A stretch of DNA of 61,841 nucleotides, counting the filler. It is 11 parts of 11 records of this genome, joined end to end, with 100 filler letters (N's around TTAATTAATTAA, not from the genome) between each part and the next. Parts side by side here need not be neighbours in the genome. Positions count along the whole stretch, not along the records: positions 31,722 to 35,606 come from SRR7504441_12796; positions 35,707 to 39,145 come from SRR7504441_12800; positions 39,246 to 42,476 come from SRR7504441_12807; positions 42,577 to 46,102 come from SRR7504441_12808; 7 more parts are not named here. The stretch is one strand, 5' to 3'. The stretch's first letter is position 1. Every line of letters starts with the position of its first letter. The position numbers were made by a program, and so were the translations under genes. Of the stretch, positions 34,701 through 43,434 are shown one piece after another. The notes beneath the pieces were generated by a model that was not told the origin of the DNA, ran no database searches, and saw nothing but the letters and a program-made list of their open reading frames with translations.

Positions 34701-35606
34701 GATATCTAACACGAGCTTCAGCTCGGTCTGGTCCTCTGGGAATTCGCTGCCCACCAGAATGGTTGCATCGTCTTGCGAGAGTATCGCTGAGTCAAACAAA
34801 GCCGGCAGAGCAAAGCCATTTGACGAGACTACCATCAAGTGCCGACTCGATAGGTCTGCAAGTGCCGAGGTCAACAGCTTGGGCAGCGTAGGAATGACAT
34901 CACATGGTTTGGTAATCGCAAACACGTGCTGCAAAAAAAATTTGAGTGAAGTTTGACGCAGATCATATGTTGCACTGAAGTTGCGACAAACCGCAAAACA
35001 CAGTTTCGCTGGATTAAGTGGCGCCTCTGGACTGCAGCTTTGTCTCAGTTGCTTCAGTAGAGCGTAAAAGTCCCTCATACCAACGAGCTCCTGCCCAGAG
35101 AGTGTTTTACTGACCTCACGATAGGCTTTGGCAAGCGGCGAAAGCCACGCAGCGAGGACTTCCTCATGCTGAGATACTGCACTCTCGGCCGCAGTCAAAC
35201 GCAGGTCGTTCACTGTGGGTTCATTCCGTTCGAGACAGATGGCGCGATTCATCTTCGCAGCATCAAGCACCCAATTGGAGAGCCCAACAACTGCGATTGG
35301 CGGCTCTGTTAACATGCCATGCAGAACTTTGAGCGGCAGATCGGGCGATTGCTCAGCAAGTCCAACTTCGTCAAGCAGAAGAACTGACCTCTCTCCCCCG
35401 GCGTGCTTCTGGTACCGGATTGCCATGTTGAATTGTTGTAGAATGCCTGATGCTGAGGACAATTGACTGCATTGGTACGGGAAAATATGCACACCCGGAA
35501 ACCGGCGCCAGAAGGGGACTGGACTCTGTGCACCTTGAAGATTCGAGCCAATGATTGACATGGTTAGGGTCTTGCTGGTTCCTGGTTTGCCTACCACAAA
35601 GATTGG
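31722..35606 (-). CDS. RNF213: RNF213 (mysterin)-like AAA+ ATPase, internal fragment partial at both ends
   Basis: Walker A VGKPGTSKT, Walker B LLLDEVGLAE..PLKVLH, VGLSNWVLDAAKMNR, G.RDFYAL, GSEFPED, YEALYDVLNQRY and PLLNRFEK match the RNF213 AAA modules. Confidence 0.85.
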
Positions 35607-35756
35607 NNNNNNNNNNNNNNNNNNNNNNNNNNNNNNNNNNNNNNNNNNNNTTAATTAATTAANNNNNNNNNNNNNNNNNNNNNNNNNNNNNNNNNNNNNN
35701 NNNNNNGTTGCCGCCGCCGCACCGGTGCCACACGGTGGTGGGTTCCGCTCGAGTTC

Positions 35757-37336
35757 ATGAAGACGCCGGAGTTCAGCACGGGGCAGGACGCCGATTTCGT
35801 GACGCTGCGGATCCGGCTGCCGTACATCAAGGTGGCCGCAGTCGAGCTGGACCTGAACGGCGAGATCTTCGAGTGCCGGGCCCGGCCGTACTTTCTGCGG
35901 ATCAAACTGCCCGGCAACGTGGTCGAGGACGGCCGTGAGCACTGCAGCTACGACCCGGTCAGCCAGCTTCTCACTGTGACCCTGCCCAAGGAGTTCCCTG
36001 GCGCCCCGTTCGACGGACTGGACATGCTGACCACACTGCTCCCCCCGCGCCAGCCCCCGGCCGCCCCGGCCAGGCCGCTGATCCAGGAAGTCACCCCAGC
36101 CGGGCCAGAGGAGCCGGCCGAGCCGCTCGCGCCGCTGCAGCTGCATGCGGCGGGTGGCCTGGGCGAGCTGGAGCCGGATGTGGTGATTAGCCGGAGCCTG
36201 CAGTGCGGGTATGGGTTCGATCGGGGAAAGAGCGGGTACTTTGGGGCACACGGGCCGGAGGATATCGCCGAGGTGTGCGACCTTGCCGACCCAGACCACA
36301 CCCAGCCGGCCGGCCGGTTAGACTCGGGCCGGGCGGGCTGACGGCCGGGCAGCCGGGCGGCGCGTTGTGAGCGGGAGCTGCAGGAGTTTGATAGCGACCA
36401 CTACCTGGCCGACCTGTTGATGGATGACTCCATGGCCGGCCAGCTGGTGGCCTGGCAGCCGGACCCGCCCGGCGGCCAGCTCAGCCAGCCAGAGCAGTCG
36501 GCGATGCTCCAGCTGCCGCACAGGCAGTACCTTGGAGCGGACAGTGCAGCGGAGGAGGCAGCGAGGTGGCCTGCTGGGCTGTTTACGGGCTGACGGCGGG
36601 CGAGGTGGCTGGGGATGGCGGACCTGATGTTCGGGGAGGCGTACGACTGGCGGACCACCATGGCCGACCCGACCTGTGGGCCTGGCTGCAGGCCGCACTC
36701 ACTGCGGCCAGGCGAGTCATGCTGGGCAGTCTGTAAGCTCTCGGCCACGCTATCCTGGTTCGATAGGTCGCCCGCCGACCAACCGCAGGCCTGACCCTCC
36801 AGCTGCAGCTTTGACGATATCGGCGAGCTCAAGCGCTCGGCGGTCCGCCGGTCTTTAGTTTACCCTTTGTATAGACATTTCGAGCTCGCTCTCGCGGTCT
36901 GGGCCGACGTGGTCCTAGTGCTCAGAGCCGGCCGAAGCGCCTGCTTATCCCGGCTGCTACGGTGGGATGGCCGGCCTGGCCGGCTCGATCGGGTGGTGGC
37001 AGCGTCAAGGACCTATTGGACCACACAGAGATGCGCTACCTGCTGTCCAAGCTCTACCTGGACGACTATTGCGTTTGGGTGCAGCAACAGCCGGAGGCCA
37101 GGTTCACTGAACTTGCCGACGCGTTGGAAAAGGCGAGCCCGCATTCGCGACCGAGGCGAGCGGGTGGAGGCAGGAGCACGTGCAGAAAGAGAGTCTGGAG
37201 CTGGGGCTGTGCGAGGTTGAAGCAGAGGTGCCCGCTATATGCCCGCTAGCGCTACTGCCACTCATGATTGTGATCGTCTCGGCAGGCACGCGAAATGATA
37301 GCAAGCGGTCTAATTAGCACGGGTCACGACTATTAA
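35757..37336 (+). CDS. SHQ1: H/ACA snoRNP assembly factor SHQ1, about 7 short introns
   Basis: CS domain MKTPEFSTGQD..PYFLRIKLPG, then YGFD and FDSDHYLAD. After splicing: DLMFGEAYDWRTT, LSATLSWFD, RRSLVYPLYRHF and LYLDDYCVWVQ. Last exon is uncertain. Confidence 0.9.
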
Positions 37337-37396
37337 AGATTAAATGTTGTTCATTGCCGTAGTGCCGCGAAATACAGAACAGGTCTTAAGGTTAGT

Positions 37397-39145
37397 TCAC
37401 GGCCGTGACCAGCTCGGGCTGATGTTATCATGAGCCGCTCCGGCCCGGGGCGACGAACAGACCACCTCTACCTCCTCCAGCCCTCGATTATCCCTGCCAG
37501 GCGAGTGATACCTATATGTGTTCCTCCCTTCTATCAACGGACTGGTCCGCGAAGGACTCTCACTCTCCCGGGCTGCGGCCTGCCGTCTGTCCATCGGGCT
37601 CGGGGATCGACTGCGGCGCCTTGCAGGAAGCTTTGCCACCTCTGGCGGTTCAGCTTTTCCCTCGTCGTCTTTGGAACGCATCGCGTTGAGAGTCGCATCT
37701 CGATCGAAGCTTGACATGCAGCCAAGGATGGCCGCGCTGCGCTCAGCTGTCAGGCATGCCAGTATGTTGGCCCGATCGCGAGGCAACTTGCGGCAGAGCG
37801 CCGCAGAGCTTTCCTCGATTGGAAGGACGCAGAGCCGCGCCGCCTGCTCTTGTGCGAGCATCCCATCCAGGGCTTCCAACCGAGCAGCTTCAGCAGCCAG
37901 AGCGGCAGCCTCCTCCTCTCGCTGCTTGCGCTCAGCTTCGGCCGCAGCCGGGTCTTCTGCTGTCTCAGCTGGTAAGGCGAGGGCTCTTTGGACGGCAGCC
38001 CGATCCGCCCATGGCATCGACAGAAGCGTTGAGGCTCTTTCTTCCATTGGAATGCAACGCAAGATCGCGACACACTTACTGCGGGGCATCCCACATAGGA
38101 CCCTAGCCCGCTCATCAGGGGCCATCGCAGCTAACAAGGCGGCACACTCCTCGTCTGGCAAACCGTCGAGTATCCCCAAAATAAGATCAAGAGGCATTCC
38201 ATCAAGCATTTTTGCGCACAGAGAAGCCTCCATTCCTCGGAAGGTGGCTAATCTCTCCTTATCAGACATCATCCGAAGGGCTTCTAGCCTCAATTCGGAT
38301 GACAGCATCCCCAGCACAAGAGCTCGCTGCTCAGGCGACATATTGCGAAGGGCAAATGCCCGTTCCGAAGGCGACATTGCAGACAGCGAAGCAATGAAGG
38401 CTTGCAGAATGGCACCATCGGCATCGTCGACCTGAGAAAGAAATAGCATCTGCATCTGCATTGCCATAGCTTCAGCCCTATCCTCAGGAGACATCGCTGC
38501 CAACGCTGCAGCCCTGTCCTCTGGCGACATAGCAGCCAAGGCAGCTGCCCTATCCTCCGGCGACATAGATGAGAGTGCTGCTGCCCTGTCCTTTGGCGAC
38601 ATCGCTGCAAGGACAGCTGCCCTTTCCTCGGGGGACATTGCTGCCAGTGCCTGCGCTCTGGCCTCGGGCGACATTGCTGCCAGCACAGCAGCCCTTTGCT
38701 CAGCACTCATTGCTGCCAGCACTGCAGCTCTCTCTTCCGTGCTCATCGCTGCCAGCACCGCTGCCCTATCTTCTGGTGACATCGCTGCCAGCACTGCAGC
38801 TCTTTCCTCGGGACTCATTGTAGCCAGCACTGCTGCTCTGTCCTTTGGTGACATGGCAGCCAAAGCCGCTGCCCTCTGTCCAGGCGACATTGCTGCCAAC
38901 GTTGCAGCCATCTCCTCGGGAGACATCGACGAAAGTATCGCAGCTAATACTGCAGCCCTCTCCTCAGGACTCATCGTCGCTAACACTGCTGCCCTCTCCG
39001 CAGCGCTCATCGCAGCGATTGTCGCCGTCCGATCTTTGGCACTCATGGCAGCCAGCGCCGCCGTCCTCTCCTCGGCCGTCATCGCAGCTAGCGTCGCGGC
39101 CCTATCTGCCAGGCTCATGGCTGCCAGCGCCGCTGCTCTGTCCTC
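37397..39145 (-). CDS. Protein with MgtE-N/FliG-like 12-aa helical repeats, 5' partial
   Basis: More than 573 aa open to the linker, with (MSPEERAAVLAA)n. Confidence 0.75.
   Translation of the reverse strand, partial: EDRAAALAAMSLADRAATLAAMTAEERTAALAAMSAKDRTATIAAMSAAERAAVLATMSPEERAAVLAAILSSMSPEEMAATLAAMSPGQRAAALAAMSPKDRAAVLATMSPEERAAVLAAMSPEDRAAVLAAMSTEERAAVLAAMSAEQRAAVLAAMSPEARAQALAAMSPEERAAVLAAMSPKDRAAALSSMSPEDRAAALAAMSPEDRAAALAAMSPEDRAEAMAMQMQMLFLSQVDDADGAILQAFIASLSAMSPSERAFALRNMSPEQRALVLGMLSSELRLEALRMMSDKERLATFRGMEASLCAKMLDGMPLDLILGILDGLPDEECAALLAAMAPDERARVLCGMPRSKCVAILRCIPMEERASTLLSMPWADRAAVQRALALPAETAEDPAAAEAERKQREEEAAALAAEAARLEALDGMLAQEQAARLCVLPIEESSAALCRKLPRDRANILACLTAERSAAILGCMSSFDRDATLNAMRSKDDEGKAEPPEVAKLPARRRSRSPSPMDRRQAAARESESPSRTSPLIEGRNTYRYHSPGRDNRGLEEVEVVCSSPRAGAAHDNISPSWSRP
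38459..39145 (-). repeat. Coding 36-bp tandem repeat, about 18 units plus a partial one
   Basis: 18 consecutive MSPE[E/D]RAA[V/A]LAA-like units, one interrupted by ILSS. Confidence 0.9.
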
Positions 39146-39331
39146 NNNNNNNNNNNNNNNNNNNNNNNNNNNNNNNNNNNNNNNNNNNNTTAATTAATTA
39201 ANNNNNNNNNNNNNNNNNNNNNNNNNNNNNNNNNNNNNNNNNNNNTTATCGGCTTGGCACGGGCATTGGGGTCGATGACCGTGACCAGGCGCCGGCGCCT
39301 CGGAAGGCCAGCTCACCCCTTCGCCGAGCAG

Positions 39332-39434
39332 TGTCATCCTGTTCATCGGCCCGCTCGGCGCACAGGATGACATGTCATTCTGTAGTCGAAAATGACATGA
39401 CAGATTCTCATGTCAGATTCTCATGTCATCCTGT
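39332..39434. promoter_or_regulatory. TGACA/TGTCA-rich palindromic cluster upstream of folD
   Basis: Seven TGACA/TGTCA copies. 13-bp inverted repeat 39362-39374/39422-39434. Tandem CAGATTCTCATGT x2 at 39401-39426. Confidence 0.45.
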
Positions 39435-39481
39435 ACACCATAAGAAGTGGCCTAACGGACCTCGCTACCTGCAAGGGGGAA

Positions 39482-40549
39482 ATGCGCGCCGCCTGCCGCG
39501 TCCTAGGGCCGGCCGGGCTGGCATTCAGCTGCTCTCCGTGGGCGCGGACCGAGGCCGTCCCGATCGATGGCAAGCGCTGGGCCAGGATCATCCGGGATGA
39601 GGCAAGGCTGGAGGCGGCGCTGGTGAGCCAGCGGCTCGGCCGGCCGCCCGGGCTGGCGGTGCTGATGGTGGGTCACCGGCGGGATTCGTCGGTGTACGTG
39701 CGGATGAAGACCAAGGCCTGCGCGGAGGCCGGGGTGTTTGGGCAGACGGTGAGCGTTGGGGATGATGTGAGCCAGAGCGCGATGCTCGGGCTGATCGACA
39801 GACTGAACACCGACGAGCTGGTCGACGGCATACTGGTCCAGCTGCCGCTCCCGCCGCACCTGGACGAGCGGCAGATTCTGGACCGGATCCTGCCGGCCAA
39901 GGACGTGGACGGATTCAATCCGGTCAATATGGGCCAGCTGGCCACCAGGGCCGGACAGCCGCTGTTTGTGCCGTGCACTCCGAGCGGGTGCATCGAGCTG
40001 CTAGATCGGGAGGGCATCCCGATCAGCGGGAAGAAGGCGGTTATCCTCGGCCGGAGTGACATCGTCGGGCTGCCGATGGCGCTGCTGTTACTCAAACGGA
40101 ATGCGACAGTGACTGTGTGCCACAGCAGGACTCCGAACGTGCGGGAGGAGGCCCAGCGGGCAGATATACTCGTGGCCGCAGTCGGCCGGCCGGAGATGGT
40201 GCGGGCCGACTGGGTGAAGCCTGGGGCGGTGGTGATAGACGTGGGGATCAATTCGGTGCCTGACCCTAGCAAAAAGTCGGGGTATCGGCTGGTTGGCGAC
40301 GTGGCGAAGCAAGAGGTTAGTGCTGTGGCCCAGTATATCACTCCGGTGCCGGGCGGAGTGGGCCCAATGACTGTGGCCATGCTGGTGGCCAACACTGTGG
40401 CGAGCGCTAGCAGGAGGATTGCGCCGACAGAGCTTGCCGAGACCGAGCATGACAAGACAGCTAAGACAGTGCTAAAGAATCCGCTAGACTTGCCTCCAAT
40501 CTCCGATGAGTTGGCGGCTCAGCCCGAAGCAACCCGGAGCAATGCGTAA
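39482..40549 (+). CDS. folD: Methylenetetrahydrofolate dehydrogenase/cyclohydrolase (FolD), probably organelle-targeted
   Basis: PIDGK, YVRMK, DGILVQLPLP, KDVDGF, PCTP, GRSDIVG and ITPVPGGVGPMTVAML. Short R/A-rich N-terminal leader from ATG 39482. Confidence 0.95.
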   Translation: MRAACRVLGPAGLAFSCSPWARTEAVPIDGKRWARIIRDEARLEAALVSQRLGRPPGLAVLMVGHRRDSSVYVRMKTKACAEAGVFGQTVSVGDDVSQSAMLGLIDRLNTDELVDGILVQLPLPPHLDERQILDRILPAKDVDGFNPVNMGQLATRAGQPLFVPCTPSGCIELLDREGIPISGKKAVILGRSDIVGLPMALLLLKRNATVTVCHSRTPNVREEAQRADILVAAVGRPEMVRADWVKPGAVVIDVGINSVPDPSKKSGYRLVGDVAKQEVSAVAQYITPVPGGVGPMTVAMLVANTVASASRRIAPTELAETEHDKTAKTVLKNPLDLPPISDELAAQPEATRSNA

Positions 40550-40724
40550 CCTATTGCATTATACGAGTGTGCATCATTATGATGCTTAAGTATGAATGCA
40601 TAATCATTCACTTTGAAATCAATCATGAATCAATCAATCAATTACATTAACAAATTTTGCACTGAACTGATCAGTGAGGCTCCAGCTCAGAGTGACATTT
40701 TCGCGCACACAAAACGCAAACCCA

Positions 40725-41973
40725 TTACCTCGAGCAGAAGCCACAGGTCTTGGCGCAATGCTCCTCCAGGTAGTCCACAAACGTCTGGCCGCCGAGCGCA
40801 CCCTCGCAGTACCCAAACTTCTTCCAGTGCCCGCAGTTGTCCGCGCTCTCCTTGTCAGCACAAGCCGGGGCTGCGCTCGGTGGCGAGCTCGGCGGCTGGG
40901 TGGGCCCTCCGCCTCCGGAGTTGGGACAGTGGGCACAGCACAGCTCCTTGATTTTGCCCCTGCTGACAGTTTTGGTACAGCCATCTTGATTTTGCCCCTT
41001 GAGACGCTCCAGATACCGCTTGCATGCAGAATCCAAGGCAGGGTCCTGCGTGATAGTGCTTGTGCAGGAGCCAGGGTTCCCACCACCACCACCACCACCA
41101 CCAGGGTTCCCGCCGCCACCACCACCCGGGGCGGGGGCGGGGGTAGGGGACGGGTCAGGATTCCCACCTCCTCCGCCGCCGCTTCCGTTCTCGCACTCCG
41201 CCTCCGATTTGACTAGAGGCAGCACATTCGTGGGAGCAGCGCTTGGAATGTTCACGTTAGGCTGTCCACGCAGCGAATTGCTGTTCCCGTTTCGATACCG
41301 ACAAACGTACATCGGAGCGTTTCGGACTCGACCCGAGCTAGCGCTGGGGTTAGTGCCACAACCGAGTTGGGTGGCGCTCTTCCAGATCATTGCAGTGAAG
41401 TGCCCGACGATCCCCCCTGTCCCCCGAGTGCAGCCGGGGAGGGTGTTGCAGTCCTTGACCTCTTCGTACCAGGCTGTGGTAGCGCTCTGCACCCGTGGTC
41501 AGACAACAGCTTTACTGTTTGGGGTAACCTGCAGGGAGCGCTGGCCGATCGCGAGGTTCTCCCCGGCCGGGCCCACTGGTGGCGGGTAGTCGTAACTTGA
41601 TGAGTGGTCAAACTGGCCCTTGTCGGCCCACTTCTGGGCGTCATCGGCCATAGGTTGGCTCCACGTGAGGTCCGGTACCCCTGCAGCTTTGATCTCAAGC
41701 GCGCCGCCAGCGGCCACCCGCACCGTGCATGCAGCGGTACTTGTTGTGGATCTTGAGCCATGCATTCCCGTCGTCCTTGGCCTCCACCAACGCCTCGAAC
41801 GCGTCCACGCTCTGCTGCTCGGCAGCCAGCAGCCCTGGGGTGTACTGCCACGCGTCCGGGCGCTGCACCTCCACCTCGGTCCACTCGTCCGTGACCGGCG
41901 CAACCGCCTGGCTCCCAGTGACAGCCGGGAGCACCGCCGCGAGCCCCAAGAGCAGCGCTGATGCTCGCCCCAT
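40725..41973 (-). CDS. Secreted CAP (SCP/PR-1) domain protein with Gly/Pro linkers and C-terminal ShK domain(s)
   Basis: Introns 41681-41723 and 41487-41528. Signal peptide, HNKYRCMHG, LTWS, GENLA, WYEEV, GHFTAMIW..LGCG and YVCRY. ShK CADK..C..W..GYC..CAKTCGFC. Confidence 0.9.
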
Positions 41974-42108
41974 TAGTTCCGCGGTGGGTCTTTTCTTGAG
42001 TCTTTTCGCTACATTCATTCTCGAGTACCGTTAGACCTCTTCCCGCCATCAGTTCGTCCAGGCCATCAGCGACTGCACCGTGATGGGACTCTGCACAGCT
42101 AACCCGCC

Positions 42109-42476
42109 ATGGCGGCACATGGTGCCTCCGCCCTCCCGACTGGGATCGCACTCAACTGCCTCGGACCGGCGCTCAAGCCTCGCCGCCGTCAGACTGGCGC
42201 CATCACAGCAGAGAGCACGGGCGGTGGGTTCGGGGTCCCAAGCGACTACGACTTCACCGCCTCGACCCAGCAAGCGTACCAGCACCCGGGGTTCGTTGAG
42301 CAGGATCGGGCGAGGTACGACCCAGCGGCGCACGGGGCACTGGTGGGCGCGCTGAGGCCGGAACGGCAGCGGGTTGACTACTCGTGGCATCGGAACGTGA
42401 CTGCGAGCCGGCAGCTGTGGCAGGACAAGCTGGTCCAACAGCTGACCGAGGGGGGGGGGCGCCGCGGGAGCAGCCA
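42109..42476 (+). CDS. N-terminus of a probable eukaryotic zeta-toxin-like P-loop protein, truncated by the contig end
   Basis: YDFTAST..Y...R..VDYSWHRN....RQLWQD resembles, from memory, the leader of algal zeta-toxin-domain proteins. The P-loop itself is not in the contig. Confidence 0.4.
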
Positions 42477-42597
42477 NNNNNNNNNNNNNNNNNNNNNNNN
42501 NNNNNNNNNNNNNNNNNNNNTTAATTAATTAANNNNNNNNNNNNNNNNNNNNNNNNNNNNNNNNNNNNNNNNNNNNCTTAGACCATCTGACCTCATT

Positions 42598-43371
42598 TTA
42601 AGCTCTTCCAAGAGTGACCATAACATTTTGGGCGTAAACGTCGTACGGCAGGAATAGTCTCTCACGCTCGCGCATCCACTCCTCCAGCCGGCCCAGACCC
42701 TTGACGGTCACATAGTGAGCGGTTAGCAGCGGATACGCCGCGAGCGCCTGCTCAATAGTCTGTCCCAAATACTTGACCGAGATATCTTGGTAAAAGTCCA
42801 GGGCCTCGAACACGGCCACGTCGGCTATCGTGGCAGCCTCACCCAGAAAGAACGGCCCACCTGAGCCGGCGAGCTGTGCCTCCCAGGCCGCGCCATACCT
42901 GTCCAGCTTGAACGATGCCAGCTTGGCCTCCGGGTCTGTCCGGCTGAACGGAAACCCGATGATGCCGCCCCGCGCATCGGCAGCCGATGCGAATATGTGG
43001 TTCACAGTGTACATGTGCTCCGGAGCCTGAGGGTACAGCCCGAACCGCTGCCCGAGGTAGATGGCTGCGGCGGTGCTCTGGACGAGGTTGAGACCGTCCA
43101 CCTCCACCAACGGCAGCTGGTCGTACTCGAGCTTGCCCGTCTCAATCAGCGCCAGCATCTGCTCCCGGGTCTCGAAGAAAATGTTCTCCATCTGGCCGCC
43201 TCCAGCCGCGATGATGTTGCGCAGCGGCTCGCAGCGGCCCCGCCCGGCCCAATATGTGACTCGGATCGTCCCAGATGCGGCCCGGATCCGGTCCAGGTCG
43301 GCGCTCAGCGAGCTGCTGGCCTGCTTGCTCCGCGGGGACAAGTCCTCGGAAGTCCAGTGAAGGCTCGACAT
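42598..43371 (-). CDS. Glutathione S-transferase (alpha/sigma-like)
   Basis: YWAGRGRCEPLR, QLPLVEVDG..LVQSTA and FFLGEAATIADVAVF. Confidence 0.92.
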   Translation of the reverse strand: MSSLHWTSEDLSPRSKQASSSLSADLDRIRAASGTIRVTYWAGRGRCEPLRNIIAAGGGQMENIFFETREQMLALIETGKLEYDQLPLVEVDGLNLVQSTAAAIYLGQRFGLYPQAPEHMYTVNHIFASAADARGGIIGFPFSRTDPEAKLASFKLDRYGAAWEAQLAGSGGPFFLGEAATIADVAVFEALDFYQDISVKYLGQTIEQALAAYPLLTAHYVTVKGLGRLEEWMRERERLFLPYDVYAQNVMVTLGRA

Positions 43372-43434
43372 GGCCGGAGTGTGAAGTCCGTTACAGTAAC
43401 CGCGCCGCGCCGTCCACGGCGTGCAGTCTCCAGA

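Noticed and set aside
38459-39145. CRISPR-like 36-bp periodicity
   Set aside because: There are no unique spacers, and the units keep a protein reading frame.
39673-40455. Long antisense ORFs (here and at 15550-16386, 25447-26238, 37518-38435 and others)
   Set aside because: These are expected shadows of GC-rich coding sequence and have no motifs of their own.
42997-43434. N-terminal extension of the 1031-aa ORF overlapping the GST
   Set aside because: It is an antisense shadow from a non-ATG start. The signal peptide begins at ATG 43435.
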